DNA of 64,000 nt from Thermoanaerobaculia bacterium (GCA_963666565.1 OY762911.1:1568001-1632000), one strand, 5' to 3'. Positions 1 through 9,968 are shown, counted from the first letter of the stretch. The notes: generated from the letters alone by a model not told the origin. A program made the numbers and translations.

Positions 1-2005
1 GGAGCGGGCCGAGGACTTCTTCGACCGTCACGTCGCGGCCGTGTTCCGCCGGTACCAGGCCGAACTGCGGCGCACCGGCGGCGTCGACTTCGACGACCTG
101 ATCGCGCTCGCCGTGCGCCTGCTGCGCGACGACGAGGAGGTCGGCGCGCGGGTCAGGGGCCGCTTTCGCCACCTCCTGGTCGACGAGTTCCAGGACACGA
201 ACGCGGCCCAGCTCGAACTCGTGAAGAACCTGGCGCTCCACCCGGACGGTTCCGTCTCCGGCCTGACCGCGGTCGGCGACGAGGACCAGAGCATCTACGG
301 CTGGCGCGGCGCCGAACTGGACAACCTGCTCCGGTTCGAGAAGCACTTCCCGGGCGCCGCCGTGCGCAAGCTGGAGCGGAACTACCGCTCGACCCAGAAC
401 ATCCTCGACGCGTCCGGCGCCGTCATCGCCCGCAACGAGGAACGGCGGGGCAAGACCCTGTGGACCGACAGGGGCGCCGGCGAGCCGCTGCGGCTCTACC
501 TGGCCGGCGACCAGGAGGACGAGGCGCGCTGGGTCGCGGGGCAGTTGGCGGAGCTCCGGGCGGACGGGACCGAGTTCGGGGAGATGGCCGTGCTGGTGCG
601 AACGAACGCGCAAACCCGGGCCATCGAGGACCAGTTGCTGCGCGGCGAGATCCCGTACTGCCTGGTTGCCGGCGTCCGGTTCTACGAGCGCGCCGAGGTC
701 AAGGACCTGATCGCCTACCTTCGGGTCGTCGCCAACCCGCAGGACAACCTGTCGCTGCGCCGGATCCTGAACCGGCCGCGGCGGGGCATCGGCCGCAGGA
801 CCGAGCAGGTCGTGCTGGAGCGTGCGGCGGAGATGGGCAATTCCGTGTGGGACGCGATCCGACTCGACCCGTTGCAGGAACTGCCGGCGCGCAGCCTGCG
901 GGCCGTGCGCAACTTCCGGGGCCTGATCGAGGCGCTGCGCCGGGAGGCGGAGCGCCAGCCTCTGACGGAGTTCGTGCGGGGGACCATCGTGGCGGCGGGT
1001 TTCGAGGCGCTCTACGGCGCCGGCGACGAGGAGGCGCGGGAGCGGCTCGACAACCTGAACGAGCTCGTGTCGGCGGCCCACGATTTCGAGATGCTGCACG
1101 GCCTGTTCGGCGAGCCGGCGAGGATCGCTCCGGCCGCGGACGCCGGCGCGGGAGCGGGAGCGGACGGAGCAGCGGATGGCGGCGCCGGCCGGGCACCGGC
1201 TGCCGGCGTGGCGGGGCTGTTCGACGAGGAGGCCGCGCCGGTGGTCAGTCCCCTCGTGAACTTCCTGGACTACGTGACCCTGGTGAGCGACGCGGACGGC
1301 CTGAACGCGGAACTGGGCGTGGCCCTGATGACCCTGCACAGCGCCAAGGGGCTCGAGTATCCGGCCGTCTTCGTCACCGGCCTGGAGGACGGCCTGCTGC
1401 CGCACTTCCACTCGGGCTTCGCGGCGCGGGACATCGAGGAGGAGCGGCGTCTGCTCTACGTCGGCATGACCCGGGCCGAGCGGCGGCTCTTCCTCAGTTG
1501 CTGCCACCGCAGGATGATTGCCGGCCAGTACCAGGACCAGCAGCCGTCGCCGTTTCTGATCGACGTGCCGGAGGAACTGGTCGAGACCGTCCGCAGCGAG
1601 GGACTCTACGGCGGCGCGCGCACGGCGGCGGTCCGGAGCTTCTTCGGCGGCGGAAGCGGCGCGGGCTATGGCGGCGGAAGCGGCGTGGGCTACGGTACCG
1701 GCGTCGGCGCGGGCTACGGCGTCGGCCGCGACCCGGGTTACGGCGCCGGCGGTGGCGCCGGTCGCGGTGCCGGCGGCGGGTCGTTTCGGCCGGCGCCGGC
1801 CGCGGGCGCTCGGCCGGCCCGCAGGCCCCGGAGCGAGTCCGCCGGCGTCCTGCGGCCCGGGTCGCACGTGCGCCACGCCACCCTGGGCAAGGGCGTCGTC
1901 CTGCAGCTCGACGGCGACGGCGAAGACGCGAAGCTGACCGTCTTCTTCGACAAGGCCGGGAAGCGGAAGCTGATTCGCCGCTACGCCCCGCTCGAAGTTC
2001 TGTAG
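1..2005 (+). CDS. uvrD: UvrD/PcrA ATP-dependent DNA helicase (5' end outside window)
   Basis: SF1 motifs LVDEFQDTN, VGDEDQSIYGWRGA, LERNYRSTQNIL, TLHSAKGLE, EERRLLYVGMTRA; C-terminal Tudor-like domain (VRHATLGKGVV). Confidence 0.95.
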   Translation, partial: ERAEDFFDRHVAAVFRRYQAELRRTGGVDFDDLIALAVRLLRDDEEVGARVRGRFRHLLVDEFQDTNAAQLELVKNLALHPDGSVSGLTAVGDEDQSIYGWRGAELDNLLRFEKHFPGAAVRKLERNYRSTQNILDASGAVIARNEERRGKTLWTDRGAGEPLRLYLAGDQEDEARWVAGQLAELRADGTEFGEMAVLVRTNAQTRAIEDQLLRGEIPYCLVAGVRFYERAEVKDLIAYLRVVANPQDNLSLRRILNRPRRGIGRRTEQVVLERAAEMGNSVWDAIRLDPLQELPARSLRAVRNFRGLIEALRREAERQPLTEFVRGTIVAAGFEALYGAGDEEARERLDNLNELVSAAHDFEMLHGLFGEPARIAPAADAGAGAGADGAADGGAGRAPAAGVAGLFDEEAAPVVSPLVNFLDYVTLVSDADGLNAELGVALMTLHSAKGLEYPAVFVTGLEDGLLPHFHSGFAARDIEEERRLLYVGMTRAERRLFLSCCHRRMIAGQYQDQQPSPFLIDVPEELVETVRSEGLYGGARTAAVRSFFGGGSGAGYGGGSGVGYGTGVGAGYGVGRDPGYGAGGGAGRGAGGGSFRPAPAAGARPARRPRSESAGVLRPGSHVRHATLGKGVVLQLDGDGEDAKLTVFFDKAGKRKLIRRYAPLEVL

Positions 2006-2017
2006 CCCGCGCCGCTC

Positions 2018-2094
2018 TGGTGCGCCCGAAGGGATTCGAACCCCTGACCTACGGCTCCGGAGGCCGTCGCTCTATCCAGCTGAGCTACGGGCGC
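2018..2094 (-). tRNA. tRNA-Arg(CCG)
   Basis: Reverse complement GCGCCCGTAGCTCAGCTGGATAGAGC...CT CCG GA...GGTTCGAATCC...GGGCGCACCA; 77 nt cloverleaf with CCA. Confidence 0.95.
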
Positions 2095-2121
2095 GCGAAC
2101 GGGACGGTTTCGGACTCGAGA

Positions 2122-2198
2122 TGGGGTGGATGAGGGGACTTGAACCCCCAACCACTTGAACCACAATCAAGCGCTCTACCGGTTGAGCTACATCCACC
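2122..2198 (-). tRNA. tRNA-His(GTG)
   Basis: GGTGGATGTAGCTCAACCGGTAGAGC...TT GTG GT...GGTTCAAGTCC...CACCCCA; includes G-1. Confidence 0.95.
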
Positions 2199-2228
2199 AG
2201 ACATCTTCGAACCGAACTCTCAACGATC

Positions 2229-2305
2229 TGGCCTGCCTGGAGGGACTCGAACCCCCGACCCGCGGCTTAGAAGGCCGCCGCTCTATCCAGCTGAGCTACA
2301 GGCAG
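2229..2305 (-). tRNA. tRNA-Arg(TCT)
   Basis: CTGCCTGTAGCTCAGCTGGATAGAGC...CT TCT AA...GGTTCGAGTCC...CAGGCAGGCCA. Confidence 0.95.
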
Positions 2306-2348
2306 GCGAAAGCGACAGAGTAGCCGAGGCCTGGGCGAGCGAGCGATA

Positions 2349-2422
2349 TCGGGGCGCCCAGATTTGAACTGGGGACCCCCTGCGCCCAAGGCAGGTGCGC
2401 TACCAGACTGCGCCACGCCCCG
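2349..2422 (-). tRNA. tRNA-Pro(TGG), CCA not encoded
   Basis: CGGGGCGTGGCGCAGTCTGGTAGCGC CCTGC-CT TGG GC-GCAGG...GTTCAAATC...GCCCCGA. Confidence 0.93.
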
Positions 2423-2438
2423 ACAGGCAAGGGGCGGG

Positions 2439-2447
2439 ATGATAGCA
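2439..2447 (-). promoter_or_regulatory. Extended -10 promoter of tRNA operon
   Basis: TGcTATCAT on minus strand ~16 nt upstream of tRNA-Pro. Confidence 0.55.
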
Positions 2448-2475
2448 CCGCGTTGCCCTGCGGCTGGCGCCTCAC

Positions 2476-3558
2476 CTAGCCGTCGAGCTTGGCCAGGCAC
2501 GCCTCCACGACCCGGCCAGCGTCGAGCCGCTCCATGCAGGCGAAGTCGCCGCGGCTGCACGTGCGTCGCCAGCACGGTTGGCAGTCCAGGCGTCGGTCGA
2601 GTTCTACCGCGGCCGACCGCGGACCGTACGGGCCGTTGCGCGCGGGATCGGTCGGCCCGAACACGGAGACGCACGGCACGTTCAGCGCCGCCGCCAGGTG
2701 CGCTGGACCGGAGTCGCAACCCAGGAACAGGGACGCGTGCCGCACCAGCGTCGCCAGTTCGCGCAGGTCGGTCGGCGGCGCGAGCAGGGCGCGACAGGCC
2801 TCCCCGGCGGCGGTCACGATCTCCTGGGCCGCCCGCCGTTCCGCGTCGCCCGCCCAGACGACTACCGCCGGCAGGCCGCGCTCGCGACCGAGGCGCCGGA
2901 CAGCTTCCGCGAAGCGTCGCGGGGGCCAGAGCTTCGTCCGCCAGATCGTTCCGGGCGACACTACCGCGTAGCCCCCGGTGCTCAGGCCGCGGCGCTCGAG
3001 GAACGCGAGCGGCGCGGGTTCGGCGTACTCCGGCAGCCGCCACTCCGCTTCCGGGTGCTCGTCGACGGTCAGTCCCGAGGCACCCAGCAGCGCCAGGTTG
3101 CGGTCGACGACGTGGCTCACGGCCAGGTCGACGGCGAGGCGCCGGTTGAGGAACAGCGCGTTCAACTCGCGGCTGCCCATCGAGGGACCGCGGCGAAAAC
3201 CGATCCGCTGCCGGGCGCCGCTCCACCAGGCGACGAGGCCGCTTTTGGTGAGGCCCTGGACGTCGAGCGCGGCGTCGTACCGGCAGCTTCTGAGTTCTCG
3301 GCGAAAGCGCCTGAACGCGGCGAGACGCGCGCCGACGCCACGGGCGCGGCGCGGATACAGGTGGAAGCGGTCGACGCCGGCGCACCCGCGCAGCAAGGTC
3401 GCGGCCGGCTCCTGGATGGCCCAGCCGATGAACGCCTCCGGGTGGGCGCGGCGGATCGCGGATGCCACGGGGGCTGCGTGGAGGCAGTCGCCGATCGCGG
3501 AAAGGCGCACCAGCAGGATGCGGAGCGGTCGGCCCGACTCTTGCTCGCTGGTCGCCAT
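2476..3558 (-). CDS. GT9 lipopolysaccharide heptosyltransferase (WaaC/WaaF-like)
   Basis: RILLVRLSAIGD, DVQGLTKS, GCDSGPAHLAAA, FGPTDP motifs; ATG at 3558 chosen. Confidence 0.9.
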   Translation of the reverse strand: MATSEQESGRPLRILLVRLSAIGDCLHAAPVASAIRRAHPEAFIGWAIQEPAATLLRGCAGVDRFHLYPRRARGVGARLAAFRRFRRELRSCRYDAALDVQGLTKSGLVAWWSGARQRIGFRRGPSMGSRELNALFLNRRLAVDLAVSHVVDRNLALLGASGLTVDEHPEAEWRLPEYAEPAPLAFLERRGLSTGGYAVVSPGTIWRTKLWPPRRFAEAVRRLGRERGLPAVVVWAGDAERRAAQEIVTAAGEACRALLAPPTDLRELATLVRHASLFLGCDSGPAHLAAALNVPCVSVFGPTDPARNGPYGPRSAAVELDRRLDCQPCWRRTCSRGDFACMERLDAGRVVEACLAKLDG

Positions 3559-3652
3559 GCCGTCAGAGCATAAGGGCCGGCTGCCGCCGAAGGCGGGCGG
3601 GAAGCCTGCCGGCCGAGGCCGGCGCCGCGTTGCGCCTTGACATACTCCCACC

Positions 3653-3907
3653 GTGCCCCCCGCCCCCGACGACGCCTCGACGCCCATCCGGCCCCCGGCC
3701 TTCGACCGGACCGCCGTCCGGCTCCTGGCGGCGGCCGTCGTCGCCGGCGCGCTGACTATCCCGATCGTCATGCTCTGGCGGGAGTTCAGTTGGCTGATGG
3801 CGCTGTCGAGCGCCGCCGGCGTCGCCGTCCTCATCTTCTTCAGCGGCCGGGCCGTCCGGGTCCTGCGCTTCGAGTACCTCCGTCCGCCGTTCGAGCGCGA
3901 GGACTAG
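3653..3907 (+). CDS. Small two-TM membrane protein
   Basis: Two hydrophobic segments; -10-like CATACT 6 nt before GTG; first gene of an apparent operon. Confidence 0.6.
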   Translation: MPPAPDDASTPIRPPAFDRTAVRLLAAAVVAGALTIPIVMLWREFSWLMALSSAAGVAVLIFFSGRAVRVLRFEYLRPPFERED

Positions 3908-3922
3908 GGCCCCGAACCCAGG

Positions 3923-4507
3923 ATGAAGGTCCGTCCCTGGCAGGTCGACTCCGCGCGCACGGAGTTCGACCATCCGTTGCTCCGGCTCGAATCCCAGGAC
4001 CTGCGCGCCGGCGCCGACCGGCGCCAGGCCGTCGTCCTGCGGTCGGCGGACTGGGTCAACGTCATCCCGCTGATCGAGCCGGAGCCGGAACCGGAATCGG
4101 CGGAGAGGCCGGACGGCAAGGGCGCGACGGTCGTGTTCATCCGCCAGTGGCGCTTCGGCCGCGCCGCCGAGTCCCTGGAGATCCCCGGCGGCATCGTCGA
4201 ACCGGGCGAGGAAGCGGGAGTCGCCGCGGGGCGGGAGCTCCACGAGGAGACCGGGTTCCGGGCGGGAAGGGTCGAACGGCTCGGCGAGGTCGAGCCCAAC
4301 CCCGCCATCCTGGACAACGTCTGCTCGCTCTGGCTGGCCCGCGATCTGGTCCTCACCGGCGATCCGATCGGGGACGGGAGCGAAGAGCTCGAAGTTGTCC
4401 ACGTGCCGTTGCGGGAGGTCCCGGAACTCATCGCCAGCGGCGAGATCGCCCACTCGCTCGTCGTCGCCGCGTTCTACTTCTTCGCCCGCCGGTACGGGTT
4501 CTCTTGA
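3923..4507 (+). CDS. NUDIX hydrolase (ADP-ribose pyrophosphatase-like)
   Basis: Nudix box GGIVEPGEEAGVAAGRELHEETG. Confidence 0.92.
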   Translation: MKVRPWQVDSARTEFDHPLLRLESQDLRAGADRRQAVVLRSADWVNVIPLIEPEPEPESAERPDGKGATVVFIRQWRFGRAAESLEIPGGIVEPGEEAGVAAGRELHEETGFRAGRVERLGEVEPNPAILDNVCSLWLARDLVLTGDPIGDGSEELEVVHVPLREVPELIASGEIAHSLVVAAFYFFARRYGFS

Positions 4508-5235
4508 GCGGGCGCCGTCGACCGCGTCCGGTCGCCGCGCTTCGCGGCGGTCAACCGTCGCTCCGGGGCGTTTCACTCGACGCGACCGGAACGCTCATCG
4601 CCTGCCCGCGGCGCGGCGAGATCTACGCGGAAGTGCTCGCGCGCCACGGTCTCGAACTCGCGGTTGCCGACATCGAGCGCGGCTTCCTGACCGCCTGGAA
4701 GGAGTTCGAGTGCCGGTTCGCCCGCGGCGAGGACCGGTACAACAGCCATCCGGAAGGCGCGCGCGGCTTCTGGGGCGAACTCCTCGACCGGATGTGCCTG
4801 CTGCTCGAATGCGAGGCGCCCGGGCCGTTCGCCGCGGCGGAACTGTTCGCCCGCTTCGAGCGCGCCGACGCCTGGGAGCTCCGGCCCGGCTGCCGGGAGG
4901 TGCTCTCGGAGTTGCGTCGCCGGGGTCTGCGCGTCGCCGTGACCAGCAACTGGGACCGGCGCCTGCCGCGCGTGCTGGCCAACCTCGGGCTCGGCGACGA
5001 CCTCGACGCCGTGGTCTGTTCCGAGGAAGTGGGATCTGCCAAGCCCGCCAAGCCGATCTTCCTGGCCGCCTGCCGGGAACTGGAACTGGCACCGGCCGCC
5101 GTTCTCCACGTCGGCGACGCCAAGATCGAGGACCGTGAAGGGGCGCTGGCCGCCGGCCTCAAGGCGCTATGGCTGAATCCGGCGGACGGCGACATCGGTT
5201 CGCTGGCGGAGGTTCTCGACTACGTGCCCCGCTAG
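4504..5235 (+). CDS. HAD-IA family hydrolase
   Basis: LDATGTL motif I, TSNWD, KP, HVGD...D; TTG start overlapping the NUDIX stop (start approximate). Confidence 0.85.
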   Translation: MSGRRRPRPVAALRGGQPSLRGVSLDATGTLIACPRRGEIYAEVLARHGLELAVADIERGFLTAWKEFECRFARGEDRYNSHPEGARGFWGELLDRMCLLLECEAPGPFAAAELFARFERADAWELRPGCREVLSELRRRGLRVAVTSNWDRRLPRVLANLGLGDDLDAVVCSEEVGSAKPAKPIFLAACRELELAPAAVLHVGDAKIEDREGALAAGLKALWLNPADGDIGSLAEVLDYVPR

Positions 5236-5274
5236 GGCCCGGAGGGGCGTCGTGGCCGTGGAGCGAGGCGCCTC

Positions 5275-6717
5275 TCACGATGCCCCGCGCCGGCTCAGCA
5301 CCGCCGGGATCGTCTTCAGCAGAATCACGAAGTCCAGCCGCGGCGACCAGGTATCGATGTACTCCAGGTCAAGTTCCATCCAGCGGTCGAAGTCGAGATC
5401 GTTGCGTCCGCTGATCTGCCACAGGCAGGTGATGCCCGGCTTCATCGACAGCCGCCGCCGCTGCCGCGGCGTGTAGGGCTCCTTCTCTTCGAGCGGCCTC
5501 GGACCGACCAGGCTCATCTCGCCCCGCACCACGTTCCAGAACTGCGGCAGCTCGTCCAGGCTGAACTTGCGCAGGTAGTGCCCGAGCGGCGTGATCCTCG
5601 GATCGCTTCGCACCTTGAACGCCGGGCCGCCCATCGTGTTCAGGTGTTCCAGTTCGCGCCTCCTCTGATCGGCGTCGGCGACCATCGTGCGGAGCTTGTA
5701 CATCGTGAAGCGGCGGCCGTTGAGGCCGCACCGGGTCTGCCGGTAGAGCACGGAGCCGGACGAGGTCGCCTTGATCAGGAGCGCCAGCACGAGCATGACG
5801 GGCAGGCTGACGACCAGCAGGGCGGCGCCGAGGCCGAAGTCGTAAGCGCGCTTGAACAGCAGGAGCAGGACGTTCGAGGGCGCCGGCGACAGGGTGACCA
5901 CCGGCCGCCCGTCCAGGTACTCCAGGTCGACCTTGCTGTGCGCCGGCGGCAGCAGGTCGAGCGCGATGCGGGTCCGGATGCCCTGTTCCTGGAGTCCGTC
6001 GATGACGTCCTTGAGCGCCGGCAACTCGCGCGGCGTGACGGTGAAGAACACGTCGTCCACCACGTGCTCCGAGACGATGCGCGACACGTCGTCCATGCCG
6101 CCGAGCACGGGGCTGGGCCCGTTCGTCCCCGCGGGGCTGTCGCCGGTGTGGACCAGGCCGATGATCCGGAGGCCCCAGTGCGGGTGATCCTCGATCGACT
6201 CGGCGAGTTGCGCCGCGGCTTCCGGCGCGCCGGCGATGAGCACCGTGCGCTGGTTCAGGCCATGCCGCCGCAGGTCGCGGGAGAGCAGGCGCAGGGCGAT
6301 CTTCTCCGCCAGCAGCAGGAGGAAGGCGAGGCTGGAGAAGAGCAGCAGCCAGGTCCGGCTGAACCGGTCGTCCAGCAGCATCAGGTCGAGCCGGACGACG
6401 AAGACCGCGATCAGGAGCAGGGCGGTGGCGGCGATCGCCGTCTTGAGAATCGCGCTCGCCTCGGTCTTCAGGTCGGCCGTCCGGTGCGAGCGGTAGCGCC
6501 GGGTGACGAGGAGGGGCAGCGCCCAGGCCAGGAGGGCCACGGGCAGCAACGGCAGATGGTCGATCAGCGGATAGAGCGGCTGCTCGTACAGACCCGGCAG
6601 CAGCCAGGGGAAGACGGCGCTGCGGATCCCGTAGGCGAGGAAGAACGCGGCCGCGACCAGGCACAGGTCGAGGGTGAGGAACAGGGCCGTCTGCAGGCGA
6701 ACGTGCTGCTTCAGCAT
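5275..6717 (-). CDS. Polyprenyl-phosphate sugar phosphotransferase (WcaJ/CpsE-like)
   Basis: N-terminal TMs; KLRTM, DPRIT, LRKFSLDELPQ, GEMSLVGPRP, KPGIT..WQISGRN motifs. Confidence 0.93.
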   Translation of the reverse strand: MLKQHVRLQTALFLTLDLCLVAAAFFLAYGIRSAVFPWLLPGLYEQPLYPLIDHLPLLPVALLAWALPLLVTRRYRSHRTADLKTEASAILKTAIAATALLLIAVFVVRLDLMLLDDRFSRTWLLLFSSLAFLLLLAEKIALRLLSRDLRRHGLNQRTVLIAGAPEAAAQLAESIEDHPHWGLRIIGLVHTGDSPAGTNGPSPVLGGMDDVSRIVSEHVVDDVFFTVTPRELPALKDVIDGLQEQGIRTRIALDLLPPAHSKVDLEYLDGRPVVTLSPAPSNVLLLLFKRAYDFGLGAALLVVSLPVMLVLALLIKATSSGSVLYRQTRCGLNGRRFTMYKLRTMVADADQRRRELEHLNTMGGPAFKVRSDPRITPLGHYLRKFSLDELPQFWNVVRGEMSLVGPRPLEEKEPYTPRQRRRLSMKPGITCLWQISGRNDLDFDRWMELDLEYIDTWSPRLDFVILLKTIPAVLSRRGAS

Positions 6718-6778
6718 GACTTGCGCGGGGCGTCCGAGTGCCGGCCGCAGTTTACATCCGGCCGGCCGCTTCGACTGC

Positions 6779-7522
6779 TCAGCCGACGACGGGCAGGGTG
6801 GCCTTGCCGCCCTTGCCGCCTCTGCCGGGACGCCGGCGACGGTAGTTGTCGTCCTCGTAGGCGAGGCAGCACAGCAGCCGGCCGCACTGGCCGGAGATCT
6901 TCGACGGGTTCAGGCTCAGCCCCTGGCGCTTCGCCATCTGGATCGAGATCGGCCGGAAACCCTCCAGCCAGGTCGAGCAGCAGAGCGTCCGGCCGCAGAT
7001 GCCGACGCCGCCCAGCAGCCGCGCCTCGTCGCGCGGGCCCACATGCACGAGCCGCACCCGGGTCTTGAAGCGGGACTTCAGGTCGCGCAGCAACTGGCGG
7101 AAGTCGACCCGGCGCTCGGCCGTGAAGTAGAAGGTCGCCTTGCGGCCGTCCAGACTGAAGTCGACCCGCGACACCTTCATCTCCAGGCGAAGCGCGCGCG
7201 CCCGCTCCCGGCAGAACGCCTTGCCGCGCACTTCGTTCGCCAGTTGCTTCTCGCGTGCCGCGCGGTCGGCGTCGTCGGCCCGGCGGATGACGGACCGCGC
7301 GCTCGACTTCTGGCACGGCTTGAACACCGGCATGGGCGACTTCTCGACCCGCCCGAAGGCGGGGCCCGGCTTCATCGACACGATGACCTCGTCGCCGCGG
7401 GCGATCCGTTCGCCGCCGGTGCTGCAGAGCGTCAGGTTCGTCTCCTCGCCGAACCGGACGCCGACGAACGTGTCCTCCGTGGCGGTCGACTGACCGGCGA
7501 AGCTGCAGCCGCCGCAACTCAT
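6779..7522 (-). CDS. PSP1-domain protein (RicT/YaaT family)
   Basis: FYFTAERRVDFRQL, GICGRTLCC, LNPSKISGQCGRLLCCLAYE. Confidence 0.9.
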   Translation of the reverse strand: MSCGGCSFAGQSTATEDTFVGVRFGEETNLTLCSTGGERIARGDEVIVSMKPGPAFGRVEKSPMPVFKPCQKSSARSVIRRADDADRAAREKQLANEVRGKAFCRERARALRLEMKVSRVDFSLDGRKATFYFTAERRVDFRQLLRDLKSRFKTRVRLVHVGPRDEARLLGGVGICGRTLCCSTWLEGFRPISIQMAKRQGLSLNPSKISGQCGRLLCCLAYEDDNYRRRRPGRGGKGGKATLPVVG

Positions 7523-7601
7523 GGCGGAGGCTCCGCCCCGGCGGCCTCGCGTCTCGTTGCAGCCGACGACGCGGCGGCCTGCCGGCCGAAGCCGCCGCGA
7601 T

Positions 7602-8903
7602 TCACTGCACGGCTCCGGCCCCGGCGGCGCCGCGATCGAGCACCCGCCGGCCGATGTCGGAGCGCATCGCCTTCGACGGCCAGCGGATGCAGGCGGCGGC
7701 GCCGTACGCGCGGTCGAGCGCCTGGGCAAGGTCGTCCCCCAGCGCGCAGACGTTGAGGACCCGTCCGCCCGTCGCGATCACCGCGCCGTTTCGCCGGCCC
7801 GTGCCCGCGTGGAACACGACGACGCCTTCTCCCGCCCGCGCGTCCTCGATCCCCTCGATCGGATCGCCCGAGGCCGCCTTCCCGGGGTAGCCTCGGTTGG
7901 CCAGCACGAGGCAGGCGGACGCGCCCGCCCGGAAGGCAAGCTCCGAGCGTCCGAAGTCGCCGCCGGCGCCGGCGAGGAACAGGTCGACCGGATCCTCGTC
8001 CAGGCGAAGCAGCAGCGCCTGGGCTTCGGGGTCGCCCAGCCGGACGTTGAACTCGAGCACCTGCGGCCCGTCGTCCGGGTGCATCATCAGGCCGGCGTAG
8101 AGGACGCCCGAGAACGGCGTGCCGTCCGCCGCCATGCCGGCCACGGTGCGCTCCATCACCTCGCCCATGATCCGGTCGACTTCGCCGTCCGAGACGATCC
8201 CGGCCGGGCTGTGGGCGCCCATGCCGCCGGTGTTGGGCCCGGAGTCGCCGTCGCCGATCCGCTTGTAGTCCTTGGACGTCGCGAGCGGCAGCACCCGCCG
8301 GCCGTCGCAGAAGCCGATGAAGGAGACCTCCTCCCCCGGCACGAAGGGCTCGATCAGGATGCGGGCGCCGGCGTCGCCGAACCGGCGCTCCACGAAGAAC
8401 TCGTCCAGCGCCGCCTCCAGTTCCGAGAGCGTCGAGACGATCAGCACGCCCTTGCCCGCGGCCAGGCCGTCCGCCTTCAGCACGGCCGGCAGTCCGAAGC
8501 GTTCGGCCGCGCGCCGGGCGGCTTCGCGGTCGGCGGCGACCTCGAAGTCGCAGGTCGGCACGCCGTGCCGGTGCATGAACTCCTTGGCGAAGATCTTGGA
8601 ACTCTCCAGGCGCGCGGCGGCCCGCGTGGGCCCGAAGATCGGCAGGCCGCGCTCCCGGAAGGCGTCTACCGCGCCGAGCGAGAGGGGCAGCTCGGGGCCG
8701 ACGACCGTGAGATCGATCCCCCGTTCGGCGGCGAACCCGGCGAGGCCGTCGATGTCCGCCACGTCGAGCGCGACGCTCTCGCCGCATTCCTCGGTCCCCG
8801 GGCTGCCGGGCGCGCACCAGAGTTCGGTCGCGGGCGACCGTTCCCGGATGAGCCAGCAGAGGGCGTGCTCGCGGCCGCCGTTGCCGATGACCAGGACTCT
8901 CAG
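7602..8903 (-). CDS. purD: Phosphoribosylamine--glycine ligase
   Basis: RVLVIGNGGREHA, VVGPE, KADGLAAGKGV, GPNTGGMGA, EFNVRLGDPE, GGRVL; probable CTG start at 8903. Confidence 0.95.
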   Translation of the reverse strand: MRVLVIGNGGREHALCWLIRERSPATELWCAPGSPGTEECGESVALDVADIDGLAGFAAERGIDLTVVGPELPLSLGAVDAFRERGLPIFGPTRAAARLESSKIFAKEFMHRHGVPTCDFEVAADREAARRAAERFGLPAVLKADGLAAGKGVLIVSTLSELEAALDEFFVERRFGDAGARILIEPFVPGEEVSFIGFCDGRRVLPLATSKDYKRIGDGDSGPNTGGMGAHSPAGIVSDGEVDRIMGEVMERTVAGMAADGTPFSGVLYAGLMMHPDDGPQVLEFNVRLGDPEAQALLLRLDEDPVDLFLAGAGGDFGRSELAFRAGASACLVLANRGYPGKAASGDPIEGIEDARAGEGVVVFHAGTGRRNGAVIATGGRVLNVCALGDDLAQALDRAYGAAACIRWPSKAMRSDIGRRVLDRGAAGAGAVQ

Positions 8904-9814
8904 GGCGCGGCCTCCGCCAGGTCGCGGGCGGCCGGCGCGGCCGGCGCCGGAACCGCGGCGAGGGTGCGGATCGCCGCCTCGACCTCGTCGATCATCGCGT
9001 CGGGGGTGGAGGCCCCGGCGGTGACGCCGACCGTGCGGCAGTCCTCGAACCAGTCCCGCCGCAGGTCGTCCGCGTCGTGGACGAGGTGGCTCCTCGGTTC
9101 GGTCTCCCGGCAGATCTCCCAGAGGTGGCGCGTGTTCGCGCTGTGCCGGCCGCCGACGACGACGACGCAGTCGACCTCCGGGTCGGCCGCCAGGGCGCGC
9201 GCCGCGTCCTGGTTCTCCTTCGTCGCGTAGCAGATCGTGTCGGCGCGCTCGGCGTCCCCGGCGCGCGCCTCGATCGCTCGCGCGACCTGCTCGTACTCCT
9301 CGCTGTTCAGGGTCGTCTGGTAGAAGATCGTGACCTTCGGGTGGCGCTCGAAGTCGATCCTGGCGGCGTCGGCCGGCGTCAGCACGACGTCGTAGGCGTC
9401 GGGATCGAGATCCCGCGTGTAGCCGACGACTTCCCGGTGCTGCGAGTCGCCGATGAACACGAGGTGGCGGCCCGCCTCAAGCGCCTGCCGGGCCTCTTCG
9501 TGGACGTCGTAGACGAAGGGGCAGGTCGTGTCGACGACGAGGAGGCCGCGTTCCAGGGCCCGCCGGTGGAAGGAGGGCGGGACGCCGTGCGCCGAGAAGA
9601 CGATCGTCCCGTTCTCGACGTCGTCGAGCGCGCCGGCCGTGTCGAAGCCGAGCTGCACGAGGTCCGAGACGACGCGCTCGTTGTGGACCAGTTGGCCGAG
9701 GATTTGGCCGCGCCGACCGTCCGCAGCCAGCTTGCGCACTGTGCGGTCGGCAATCCGCACCCCGGCGCAGAATCCGTACTTCTCGGCGCGCCTGAGGGCC
9801 GGAGGCCCCATCAT
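8900..9814 (-). CDS. ispH: 4-hydroxy-3-methylbut-2-enyl diphosphate reductase
   Basis: GFCAGV, VHN, SAHG, DTTCPFV, QTT, TICYAT, SANT, TAGASTP. Confidence 0.95.
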   Translation of the reverse strand: MMGPPALRRAEKYGFCAGVRIADRTVRKLAADGRRGQILGQLVHNERVVSDLVQLGFDTAGALDDVENGTIVFSAHGVPPSFHRRALERGLLVVDTTCPFVYDVHEEARQALEAGRHLVFIGDSQHREVVGYTRDLDPDAYDVVLTPADAARIDFERHPKVTIFYQTTLNSEEYEQVARAIEARAGDAERADTICYATKENQDAARALAADPEVDCVVVVGGRHSANTRHLWEICRETEPRSHLVHDADDLRRDWFEDCRTVGVTAGASTPDAMIDEVEAAIRTLAAVPAPAAPAARDLAEAAP

Positions 9815-9888
9815 TCCGTCGTTTCCAACTGGCTCTCCCGCCGGCCGCCGGGCCGGCGAAGCGCGATCCTAGCAGGGCCAACGCCGGT

Positions 9889-9960
9889 ACACCGGGTGCG
9901 CCGTTGACGCCGGTACGCACCGGGTGCGGCGTTGACGGAGTCACACACTGGGTGCGTCGC
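9889..9960. repeat. Degenerate REP-type repeats (three CACYGGGTGCG units)
   Basis: caccgggtgcg / caccgggtgcg / cactgggtgcg match the end of the REP families found elsewhere in the window. Confidence 0.6.
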
Positions 9961-9968
9961 CGCTGGGG

